DNA from: Azolla caroliniana | Lineage: Eukaryota; Plantae; Polypodiophyta | NCBI GenBank assembly: GCA_043228905.1 | Contig: JBHGNT010000018.1 | Location: 1-64,000 of the forward strand | Length of the DNA: 64,000 bases | Direction: 5' to 3' | Shown: one piece after another, positions 29,701 to 38,876 of the stretch | How the letters are laid out: each line of letters opens with the position of its first letter | How positions within the stretch are numbered: the first letter of the stretch is position 1 | Program-made: the position numbers and the translations under genes | The notes under the pieces: model-generated | Seen by the model: only the letters and a program-made list of their open reading frames with translations | What the model was told of the DNA's origin: nothing | Database searches by the model: none

Positions 29701-32700
29701 CACGAGCCAGGTATGACAACTTTAATTTACTCACGCGCTCTTCTCAACTCCCTCCTCTAATTAACTAATTTCTTCATGTCTCTCGACCTGAGTTTCAAAA
29801 TCTTGATTTTTTAATTCCATATTATAGCTAGCGTTATTAGCTTCGATTTGCATGTTTGAACACTACAATCCGATATCACACGAGCCAGGTATGACAATTT
29901 TAATTTACTCACGCGCTCTTCTCAACTCCCTCCTCTAATTAACTAATTTCTTCATGTCTCTCGACCTGAGTTTCAAAATCTTGATTTTTTAATTCCATAT
30001 CATAGCTAGTGTTATTAGCTTCGATTCGCATGATTGGAACACTAAAATCGGATATCACACGAGCCAGTCATGAACATTTTAATTTACTCACACGCTCTTC
30101 TCAACTCCCTCCTCTAATTTACTAATTTCTTCATGTCTCTCGACCTGAGTTTCAAAATCTTGATTTTTTAATTCGATATCATAGCTAGTGTTATTAGCTT
30201 CGATTCGCATGATTGGAACACTAAAATCGGATATCACACGAGCCAGTCATGAACATTTTAATTTACTCACACGCTCTTCTCAACTCCCTCCTCTAATTTA
30301 CTAATTTTTTCATGTCTCGCGACCTAAGTTTAAAAATCTTGATTTTTTAATTCCATATTATAGCTAGTGTTGTTAGCTTCGATTCGCATGATGGAACACT
30401 AAAATCGAATATCACACGAGCAAGGTATGAACATTTTACTTTACGCACCTGCTCTTCTCAACTCCCTCCTCAAATTTGGTAATTTCTTCATGTCTCTCGA
30501 CCTGAGTTTCAAAATCTTGATTTTTTAATTCAATATCATAGCTAGTGTTGTTATCTTCGATTCGCATGTTTGAACACTAAAATCCGATATCACACGAGCC
30601 AGGTATGACAATTTTAATTTACTCACTTACTCTTCTCAACTCCCTCCTCAAATTTGGTAATTTCTTCATGTCTCTCGACCTGAGTTTCAAAATCTTGATT
30701 TTTTAATTCCATATCATAGCTAGTGTTGTTAGCTTCGATTCGCATGTTTGAACACTAAAATCGGATTTCACACGAGCCAGGTATGACAATTTTACTTTAC
30801 TCACTTACTCTTCTCAACTCCCTCCTCAAATTTGGTAATTTCTTCATGTCTCTCGACCTGAGTTTCAAAATCTTGATTTTTTAATTCCATATTATAGCTA
30901 GTGTTGTTAGCTTCGATTCGCATGTTTGAACACTAAAATCGGATATCACACGAGCCAGGTATGACAAGTTTAATTTACTCACGCGCTCTTCTCAACTCCC
31001 TCCTCAAATTTGGTAATTTCTTCATGTCTCTTGACCTGAGTATCAAAATCTTGATTTTTTAATTCCATATCATAGCTAGCGTTATTAGCTTCGATTCGCA
31101 TGTTTGAACACTAAAATCCGATATCACACGAGCCAGGTATGACAATTTTAATTTACTCACGGGCTCTTCTCAACTCCCTCCTCTAATTTGGTAATTTCTT
31201 CATGTCTCTCGACCTGAGTTTCAAAATCTTGATTTTTTAATTCTATATCATAGCTAGTGTTGTTATCTTCGATTCGCATGTTTGAACACTAAAAGCTGAT
31301 ATCACACGAGCCAGGTATGACAATTTTAATTTACTCACTTGCTCTTCTCAACTCCCTCCTCTAATTTACCAATTTCTTCATGTCTCTCGACCGGAGTTTT
31401 AAAATCTTGATTTTTTAATTCCATATTATAGCTAGTGTTGTTAGCTTCGATTCGCATGATGGAACACTAAAATCGAATATCACACGAGCAAGCTATGAAC
31501 ATTTTAATTTACGCACCTGCTCTTCTCAACTCCCTCCTCAAATTTGGTAATTTCTTCATGTCTCTCGACCTGAGTTTCAAAATCTTGATTTTTTAATTCA
31601 ATATCATAGCTAGTGTTGTTATCTTCGATTCGCATGTTTGAACACTAAAATCCGATATCACACGAGCCAGGTATGACAATTTTAATTTACTCACTTACTC
31701 TTCTCAACTCCCTCCTCAAATTTGGTAATTTCTTCATTTCTCTCGACCTGAGTTTCAAAATCTTGATTTTTTAATTCCATATCATAGCTAGTGTTGTTAG
31801 CTTCGATTCGCATGTTTGAACACTAAAATCGGATATCACACGAGCCAGGTATGACAATTTTACTTTACTCACTTACTCTTCTCAACTCCCTCCTCAAATT
31901 TGGTAATTTCTTCATGTCTCTCGACCTGAGTTTCAAAATCTTGATTTTTTAATTCCATATTATAGCTAGTGTTGTTAGCTTCGATTCGCATGTTTGAACA
32001 CTAAAATCAGATATCACACGAGCCAGGTATGACAACTTTAATTTACTCACGCGCTCTTCTCAACTCCCTCCTCAAATTTGGTAATTTCTTCATGTCTCTC
32101 GACCTGAGTATCAAAATCTTGATTTTTTAATTCCATATCATAGCTAGCGTTATTAGCTTTGATTCGCATGTTTGAACACTAAAATCCGATATCACACGAG
32201 CCAGGTATGACAATTTTAATTTACTCACGCGCTCTTCTCAACTCCCTCCTCTAATTTACTAATTTCTTCATGTCTCTCGACCTGAGTTTCAAAATCTTGA
32301 TTTTTTAATTCCATATCATAGCTAGTGTTATTAGCTTCGATTCGCATGATTGGAACACTAAAATTGGATATCACACGAGCCAGTCATGAACATTTTAATT
32401 TACTCACACGCTCTTCTCAACTCCCTCCTCTAATTTACTAATTTCTTCATGTCTCTCGACCTGAGTTTCAAAATCTTGATTTTTTAATTCCATATCATAG
32501 CTAGTGTTATTAGCTTCGATTCACATGATTGGAACACTAAAATCGGATATCACACGAGCCAGTCATGAACATTTTAATTTACTCACACGCTCTTCTCAAC
32601 TCCCTCCTCTAATTTACTAATTTTTTCATGTCTCGCGACCTAAGATTAAAAATCTTGATTTTTTAATTCCGATATCACACGAGCCAGGTATGACAACTTT

Positions 32701-33520
32701 AATTTACTCACTTACTCTTCTCAACTCCCTCCTCAAATTTGCTAATTTCTTCATGTCTCTCGACCTGAGTATCAAAATCTTGATTTTTTAATTCCATATC
32801 ATAACTAGTGTTGTTAGCTTCGATTCGCATGTTTGAACACTAAAATCAGATATCACACGAGCCAGGTATGACAACTTTAATTTACTCACGCGCTCTTCTC
32901 AACTCCCTCCTCAAATTTGGTAATTTCTTCATGTCTCTCGACCTGAGTTTTAAAATCATGATTTTCTAATTCCATATCATAGCTAGTGTTGTTAGCTTCG
33001 ATTCGCATGTTTGAACACTAAAATCCGATATCACACGAGCCAGGTATGACAATTTTAATTTACTCACTTACTCTTCTCAACTCCCTCCTCAAATTTGCTA
33101 ATTTCTTCATGTCTCTCGACCTGAGTTTCAAAATCTTGATTTCTTAATTCCATATTATAGCTAGTGTTGTTAGCTTCGATTCGCATGTTTGAACACTAAA
33201 ATCAGATATCACACGAGCCAGGTATGACAACTTTAATTTACTCACGCGCTCTTCTCAACTCCCTCCTCAAATTTGGTAATTTCTTCATGTCTCTCGACCT
33301 GAGTTTTAAAATCATGATTTTCTAATTCCATATCATAGCTAGTGTTGTTAGCTTCGATTCGCATGTTTGAACACTAAAATCCGATATCACACGAGCTAGG
33401 TATGACAATTTTAATTTACTCACATACTCTTCTCAACTCCCTCCTCAAATTTGGTAATTTCTTCATGTCTCTCGACCTGAGTTTCAAAATCTTGATTTTT
33501 TAATTCCATATCATAGCTAG

Positions 33521-33525
33521 TGTTG
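33521..33525. other. Target-site duplication TGTTG (left copy; right copy at 38877-38881)
   Basis: The satellite 'gctagTGTTGttagc' is split as gctagTGTTG[element]TGTTGttagc. Confidence 0.92.
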
Positions 33526-34144
33526 TGTAAGGAATAGGCCCTTCTATCCACCTTCTTATCTCGGCCACAACCGATTAATCGCGGATCAATGGAGCAGAAA
33601 ATAGGAAACACACGTAGAAACAAAACGAAGAAACGCGAGTACACAAGGATTAACGTGGAAAACCCTAAACGGGGAAAAACCACGGGAGTACAAGACTCCA
33701 AACAACACTATACAGAGAAGTATACAATGACGAGCTCCAAGGCGACGACCTTGAGCTCGCTGTCCTCGCCACAGGTGGCGGAAATACACAGAGGCGTCTA
33801 CCTCTTTCTCTTCGCGCTCTCTCTCTTTCTCTCTCACACGGCTGCTCTCTCTTCACTCCTCTAAAGTGGAAAAACAGAAAAATGAGAAGCAACAGAAAAA
33901 CTGTTTGCCCTAAGTCATATTTATACTTATATGACTTTGGGCTATTTACAACTATAGCCTCAGGGGGCTCGTAGCGAACATATTCACGGATATGTCCCTG
34001 CATCCGGATCGCTCTCCGGGTACATTCGTCATCCGGCACCGAAGCCGGGGTCTTCGTCATCCGGATCCGAAACCGAAACCGGGCTTGTCGGCATTCATCT
34101 CCGATATCCGACCATCCCATCCGAAAGGGACCGAAATCCCAACA
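33526..34144 (-). repeat. 3' LTR (619 bp), canonical TG...CA
   Basis: Minus strand reads TGTTGGGATTTC...TTCCTTACA. Direct repeat of 38258-38876 at offset 4732. Confidence 0.95.
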
Positions 34145-34155
34145 AACTCCCCCTT
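34145..34155 (-). other. Polypurine tract
   Basis: Minus strand AAGGGGGAGTT directly abuts the 3' LTR and overlaps the pol stop codon TGA. Confidence 0.9.
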
Positions 34156-37100
34156 CACTTCGGCATGGGATGTCTTTCCAATCCGATCCTCTTCCGGCAT
34201 GCTTCCAGCTTGTCGGGTGTGAGCACCTTGGTCAGCATATCCGACCCGTTCTCGTCGGTGTGGATCTTCGTCAGCACGAACTCCTTGTCTTCTATCCTTT
34301 CCCGGATCCAGTGATATCTTCGCTGGATGTGCTTCGTCCGGGAGTGATAGGCTGCGTTCTTCGCAAGGTGGATGGCACTCTGACTGTCGCAGTAGAGTCG
34401 GTACTCCTCTTGCCGGATACCGAGCTCTCTAATGAAGTCCTTCATCCATATTATTTCCTTGCCGGCTTCAACAGCCGCCATGTACTCCGCCTCCGTGGTT
34501 GACAACGCAACCGTCTTCTGCAGCCTCGACTGCCACGAAACAGCTCCCCCTGCATACGTCATCACATACCCTGATGTGGACCGGCTGGTATCTGCATCAG
34601 CCGACATATCAGAATCAGTAAAGCCTTCGAGTTCGGGCTTACCGGAGCCGAAACGGAGGCACACGTTTGCCGTGCCCTTCAGGTATCGGAGTATCCACTT
34701 GACCGCGTTCCAGTGCTCTTTGCCGGGATTGCTCATGTACCGGCTCACCACTCCGACTGCATATCCTATGTCCGGTCTCGTACACACCATGGCGTACATC
34801 AAGCTCCCGACGGCTGAGGCATACGGCACTTCCATCATATCCTCCTTTTCAGCCTTTGTCTTGGGACTTTGCTTGCTGGTCAGCTTGCAGTTTGCCGGGA
34901 GGGTCGATCCGACCGGTCTTGCTTCCGACATGTTGAACCGTTGAAGCACCTTTGTCACGTACTTCTCCTGTGACAGCCACAACTGCTTCTTCTTCCGGTC
35001 CCGGATGATGTGCATCCCTAGTATTTGCCTCGCCGGACCCAGGTCCTTCATTGAGAAGGTTCGGTGAAGAGCCTTCTTCAGCATCCGTATCTTGACCTGG
35101 TCCCGTCCGACGATCAACATGTCGTCCACGTACAGGAGGAGTATTAGGAAGTCTCCTCCTTCAAACTTCTTCACAAACACGCAGTGGTCGGACTGCGTTT
35201 TGAGGTACCCTTCGTCGGTCATGAAGGAGTCGAACTTCCGGTACCATTGCCGGGGAGCCTGCTTCAGTCCGTAAAGGCTCTTCTTCAACCGGCATACCAG
35301 GTGCTCCTTCCCTTTCTTCTCGAATCCTTCCGGTTGCTGCATGTAGATTTCTTCTTCGAGGTCACCGTGAAGGAATGTTGTCTTCACGTCCATCTGTTCT
35401 ACCTCGAGGTCCATGCTTGCCGCTATGCTCAGCACCGTCCGGATGGAGGTCATCTTCACTACCGGGGCAAATATCTCGTCGAAGTCGACGCCCTTCTTTT
35501 GCTGAAACCCCTTCACCACGATCCTGGCTTTGTATCTCGGGGGGTTTCCGGCATCTCCCGGTTTCAGCTTGAACACCCACTTGTTTCGAAGTGCCCGCTT
35601 TCCCTTCGGCAACTCCACAAGTTCATATGTGTGGTTCTCATGCAGGGAATCCATCTCGTCCTGCATGGCACTCAACCACCTGCGGCTCTGGGTGTCATGC
35701 TTCGCTTCTTCAAAGCTCTCCGGCTCCCCCTCGTCGGTTAGCAGCACGTGCTCTGGTTCCGGAAATCTCCGGGGGGCCCTTCTCTCTCTTAGAGGATATC
35801 TCCGTTCCGGAGCTTCGGTAACCGGTTCTTCCGATTCTTCTTCATCCGAGACCATTTCGGGATCGGGGCCGGTTCCGGTATCATTTTCATCTTCTTCGGC
35901 CGGTTCTGTGTCTTCACTGTCTTCGGCCGGATCCTCGAGTGCTAACCGGTCCCTTGCCGGTCGGGACTGCTCCTCGTAGAGTTGATCCTCACCGGTCGAC
36001 TTGGAGCTCTTCATCTTCTTCTCCGACTCCCAGTCAGCGAGCGTCTTGTTCTCCATGAAGATGATATCACGACTCCGGAATATCTTCTTGTCGACCGGGT
36101 CCCATACTCGGTAGCCGAACTCGTCGTCGCCGTAACCGAGGAATATGCATGGCCGGGTCTTCGGATCTAGCTTTCCTCTCCGGTCCTTTGCCACATGCAC
36201 GTATGCGAGACACCCGAACACCTTCAGATGCCGGTAGGACACTTCCTTACCGGTCCACACTCTCTGCGGCGTGTCTCCGTCCAAAGGTACTGAGGGTGAT
36301 CTGTTTATCACGTATGTCGCCGTCGACATTGCCTCAGCCCAAAACCCCTTGGGTAATTTCGCATGCGCCAGCATACTCCGGACCCGCTCCATTATGGTCC
36401 GGTTCATCCTCTCGGCCAGCCCGTTCAGTTCCGGCGTCTTCGGCACAGTAAACTCGAGTCGGATTCCCTTCGAGCGACAGTACTCCTGGAACTGCCCCCG
36501 GTATTCCCCTCCGTTATCCGCTCGTATCGCTTTCAGCTTCTTGCCGGATTCCCTTTCCACTCTCGCGTGGAGTTCTTTGAAGACGGACAACACTTGGTCC
36601 TTTGTCTTCAACGGTGCCGTCCACAGCTTCCGGCTGTGATCATCAATGAATGTCACGAAGTACTGGGCTCCGCCATGTGACTTCGTTTCTACCTGACACA
36701 CATCAGTGTGCACCAACTCCAATGGTGCGCTACGTCTCGTCGGTGGCCTTGAGTGGAAGGAGGTTCGGTTCTGCTTACCGGCCAGGCAATCGGTGCACTT
36801 CTCCAGGTGCACGTGCTTCACTGGGATGAGGTTGTCTTCTGCAAGCCTCTTCATCCCCTTCTCACTCATGTGGCACAGTCTTTTGTGCCACAGCTCACCG
36901 GCAGTGTCGGCTGCCACATTCAGCTCTTCCGGACATAACCGGGCATTCATCAGGTACAGTGTGTTGACCTTCCGGGCCCGAACCACTATCAAGCTCCCCT
37001 TGCTGAACTTCATGACACCGTTCCGGATGCTACCCGTGTAGCCTTCATCATCTAGCCTCCCGGCCGAAATCAGGTTCAATCGGACCGCCGGAACGTGTCG

Positions 37101-38228
37101 GACATCTTTCAGCAGCATTTTGCATCCGGTCGGGGTTGTCAACCACACGTCTCCTATGCCGGCAATCCGGCACGTACCTTCATTTCCCATCCGAACACAG
37201 CCATGCTCGCCGGCTGTGTAGGATGAGAAGTATCTTCTCTCCGGGGTCAGGTGGAACGATGCTCCGGAATCGACCACCCAGGTCGTCTCATCGCCGGCAA
37301 CGTTTAGCTCACCTTCTTCGGTGATGAGCATGATTTCTTCCTCACTTGCCGCGAGTGCCGTTGTTCCTTTCCGGTCTTGCCCTCGCCGATCCGAACCTCT
37401 CCGGTCCGTGGCTCCCCGGTATGCACCGTTTCTCTCCGGTGACTTCTTCGAGTCGGTGTCGTCGGCTCCGTTGTCTTTTCGGTAATGCCGACAATTCTTT
37501 CGGAAGTGCCCCGGCTTCCCACAGTGGAAGCATGTGGGCCTTCCTCTTGACTGCGACCGGGTCCCCGACTTCTCCCGTCTTTGCGGACTCCGGTTCCATT
37601 GTCTTCCCCGATCCGATTCGGTAAACAGCATCTTCGGGTCGGAGGCCGGTTCCTTATCTCTCCGACGCGCTTCTTCATTCAGAATACTTGTCTTTACAGT
37701 TTGTAAGGACAAGTTATCTTCGGTGCACGAGGTGCTGAGAGTCACCACCAAGTTCTCCCAGCTTTCCGGCAATGTACACATCAGGATGATGGCTTGCATT
37801 GCATCCTCCAACGGGAACTTGATCGCCGCAAGCTGGTTCACGAATCCCATGAACGTGCTTACGTGTTCCACCATACTCTCGCCGTCCCGATACTTGAGAT
37901 TCACAATCTTCCTCATCAGGGAGGTCCGGTTCAACGCATTCTTCCTCTCATAGAGGCCAGACAGCTTCTTCCACATCTCGTATGCGTTGGTGTCGTTCGC
38001 CACATGTTGCAGGACGCTTACGTCGACATATTGTCGGATCGTCGCTACGGCTTTCCGGTTCAGGAGCTTCCACTCCGACTCAAGTACCCCCTTCGGTATT
38101 TCCGACCTGTCAATCGGTTCGTACAGGTCCCGAACAATCAGAAGATCCTCCATCTTGATCTTCCAGTCGGCGTAATTCTGTGCATTCAGCACCATCATCA
38201 TCGGCTGCCCGCTGCCGCCGCCTTCCAT
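34155..38228 (-). CDS. Copia gag-pol polyprotein (1357 aa from the ATG just after the PBS)
   Basis: Uninterrupted ORF containing the CCHC knuckle CFHCGKPGHFRKNC (~37491-37532), protease VVDSGASFH, integrase HHCC (WHKRLCH..CTDC) and core (HTDVC, ADNGGEY, NGLAERMNRT), RT (QMDVKT.FLHG, YVDDM at ~35121) and RNase H (FTDSD, STTEAEY, YCDSQSA). The ORF-track start at 38300 lies inside the LTR, so the ATG at 38228 is more plausible. Confidence 0.96.
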   Translation of the reverse strand: MEGGGSGQPMMMVLNAQNYADWKIKMEDLLIVRDLYEPIDRSEIPKGVLESEWKLLNRKAVATIRQYVDVSVLQHVANDTNAYEMWKKLSGLYERKNALNRTSLMRKIVNLKYRDGESMVEHVSTFMGFVNQLAAIKFPLEDAMQAIILMCTLPESWENLVVTLSTSCTEDNLSLQTVKTSILNEEARRRDKEPASDPKMLFTESDRGRQWNRSPQRREKSGTRSQSRGRPTCFHCGKPGHFRKNCRHYRKDNGADDTDSKKSPERNGAYRGATDRRGSDRRGQDRKGTTALAASEEEIMLITEEGELNVAGDETTWVVDSGASFHLTPERRYFSSYTAGEHGCVRMGNEGTCRIAGIGDVWLTTPTGCKMLLKDVRHVPAVRLNLISAGRLDDEGYTGSIRNGVMKFSKGSLIVVRARKVNTLYLMNARLCPEELNVAADTAGELWHKRLCHMSEKGMKRLAEDNLIPVKHVHLEKCTDCLAGKQNRTSFHSRPPTRRSAPLELVHTDVCQVETKSHGGAQYFVTFIDDHSRKLWTAPLKTKDQVLSVFKELHARVERESGKKLKAIRADNGGEYRGQFQEYCRSKGIRLEFTVPKTPELNGLAERMNRTIMERVRSMLAHAKLPKGFWAEAMSTATYVINRSPSVPLDGDTPQRVWTGKEVSYRHLKVFGCLAYVHVAKDRRGKLDPKTRPCIFLGYGDDEFGYRVWDPVDKKIFRSRDIIFMENKTLADWESEKKMKSSKSTGEDQLYEEQSRPARDRLALEDPAEDSEDTEPAEEDENDTGTGPDPEMVSDEEESEEPVTEAPERRYPLRERRAPRRFPEPEHVLLTDEGEPESFEEAKHDTQSRRWLSAMQDEMDSLHENHTYELVELPKGKRALRNKWVFKLKPGDAGNPPRYKARIVVKGFQQKKGVDFDEIFAPVVKMTSIRTVLSIAASMDLEVEQMDVKTTFLHGDLEEEIYMQQPEGFEKKGKEHLVCRLKKSLYGLKQAPRQWYRKFDSFMTDEGYLKTQSDHCVFVKKFEGGDFLILLLYVDDMLIVGRDQVKIRMLKKALHRTFSMKDLGPARQILGMHIIRDRKKKQLWLSQEKYVTKVLQRFNMSEARPVGSTLPANCKLTSKQSPKTKAEKEDMMEVPYASAVGSLMYAMVCTRPDIGYAVGVVSRYMSNPGKEHWNAVKWILRYLKGTANVCLRFGSGKPELEGFTDSDMSADADTSRSTSGYVMTYAGGAVSWQSRLQKTVALSTTEAEYMAAVEAGKEIIWMKDFIRELGIRQEEYRLYCDSQSAIHLAKNAAYHSRTKHIQRRYHWIRERIEDKEFVLTKIHTDENGSDMLTKVLTPDKLEACRKRIGLERHPMPK

Positions 38229-38242
38229 TTTCTGCAACAGTC

Positions 38243-38254
38243 GCTCTGATACCA
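38243..38254 (-). other. Primer binding site complementary to initiator tRNA-Met
   Basis: Minus strand TGGTATCAGAGC, 3 nt downstream of the 5' LTR end. Confidence 0.95.
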
Positions 38255-38257
38255 GTT

Positions 38258-38876
38258 TGTAAGGAATAGGCCCTTCTATCCACCTTCTTATCTCGGCCAC
38301 AACCGATTAATCGCGGATCAATGGAGCAGAAAATAGGAAACACACGTAGAAACAAAACGAAGAAACGCGAGTACACAAGGATTAACGTGGAAAACCCTAA
38401 ACGGGGAAAAACCACGGGAGTACAAGACTCCAAACAACACTATACAGAGAAGTATACAATGACGAGCTCCAAGGCGACGACCTTGAGCTCGCTGTCCTCG
38501 CCACAGGCGGCGGAAATACACAGAGGCGTCTACCTCTTTCTCTTCGCGCTCTCTCTCTTTCTCTCTCACACGGCTGCTCTCTCTTCACTCCTCTAAAGTG
38601 GAAAAACAGAAAAATGAGAAGCAACAGAAAAACTGTTTGGCCTAAGTCATATTTATACTTATATGACTTTGGGCTATTTACAACTATAGCCTCAGGGGGC
38701 TCGTAGCGAACATATTCACGGATATGTCCCTGCATCCGGATCGCTCTCCGGGTACATTCGTCATCCGGCACCGAAGCCGGGGTCTTCGTCATCCGGATCC
38801 GAAACCGAAACCGGGCTTGTCGGCATTCATCTCCGATATCCGACCATCCCATCCGAAAGGGACCGAAATCCCATAA
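38258..38876 (-). repeat. 5' LTR (619 bp) with non-canonical outer terminus TTATGGG
   Basis: Matches the 3' LTR except at 38508 (C vs T), 38640 (G vs C) and 38874-38875 (TA vs AC). Confidence 0.94.
38650..38657 (-). promoter_or_regulatory. Putative LTR TATA box TATAAATA (copy at 33918-33925)
   Basis: Plus-strand tatttata lies ~220 nt from the LTR 5' end and is followed by a GA-rich tract on the minus strand. Confidence 0.6.

Larger units (their letters stand above)
1..33525 (+). repeat. 178-bp tandem satellite, subfamily A (left of the retrotransposon); centromere-like
   Basis: GCTTCGATTCGCATG recurs at 1, 180, 358 and onward. Monomer: gcttcgattcgcatgtttgaacactaaaatccgatatcacacgagccaggtatgacaattttaatttactcacgcgctcttctcaactccctcctctaatttactaatttcttcatgtctctcgacctgagtttcaaaatcttgattttttaattccatatcatagctagtgttgtta (178 nt). 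Centromeric function is inferred only from monomer size and array organisation. Confidence 0.97.
33526..38876 (-). mobile_element. Full-length Ty1/copia LTR retrotransposon, Tnt1/Tork-like, 5351 bp
   Basis: Two 619-bp LTRs with 4 differences, tRNA-iMet PBS, PPT, 5-bp TSD and a single gag-pol ORF in copia order (gag-PR-INT-RT-RNaseH). HLKVFGCLAYVHV..KLDPKTRPCIFLGYGDDEFGYRVWDP closely resembles Tnt1. The lineage call is from recognition, not a computed tree. Confidence 0.97.

Noticed and set aside
33660-33669. Telomere-like AAACCCTAAA in the LTR
   Set aside because: A single unit inside the GTGGAAAACCC..GGGAAAAACCAC motif typical of Tnt1-like LTRs, not a telomeric tract.
33420-34222. ORFs in or overlapping the LTRs (also 38110-38957)
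   Set aside because: Low-complexity GA/CT-derived peptides, duplicated only because the LTRs are. Some run into satellite sequence.
34170-38249. Antisense and alternate-frame ORFs within gag-pol
   Set aside because: Shadow ORFs expected in GC-rich coding DNA, with no recognisable motifs.
38229-38300. N-terminal extension of the polyprotein given in the ORF track
   Set aside because: It starts at a non-ATG codon within the LTR and reads through the PBS. The ATG at 38228 is more plausible.
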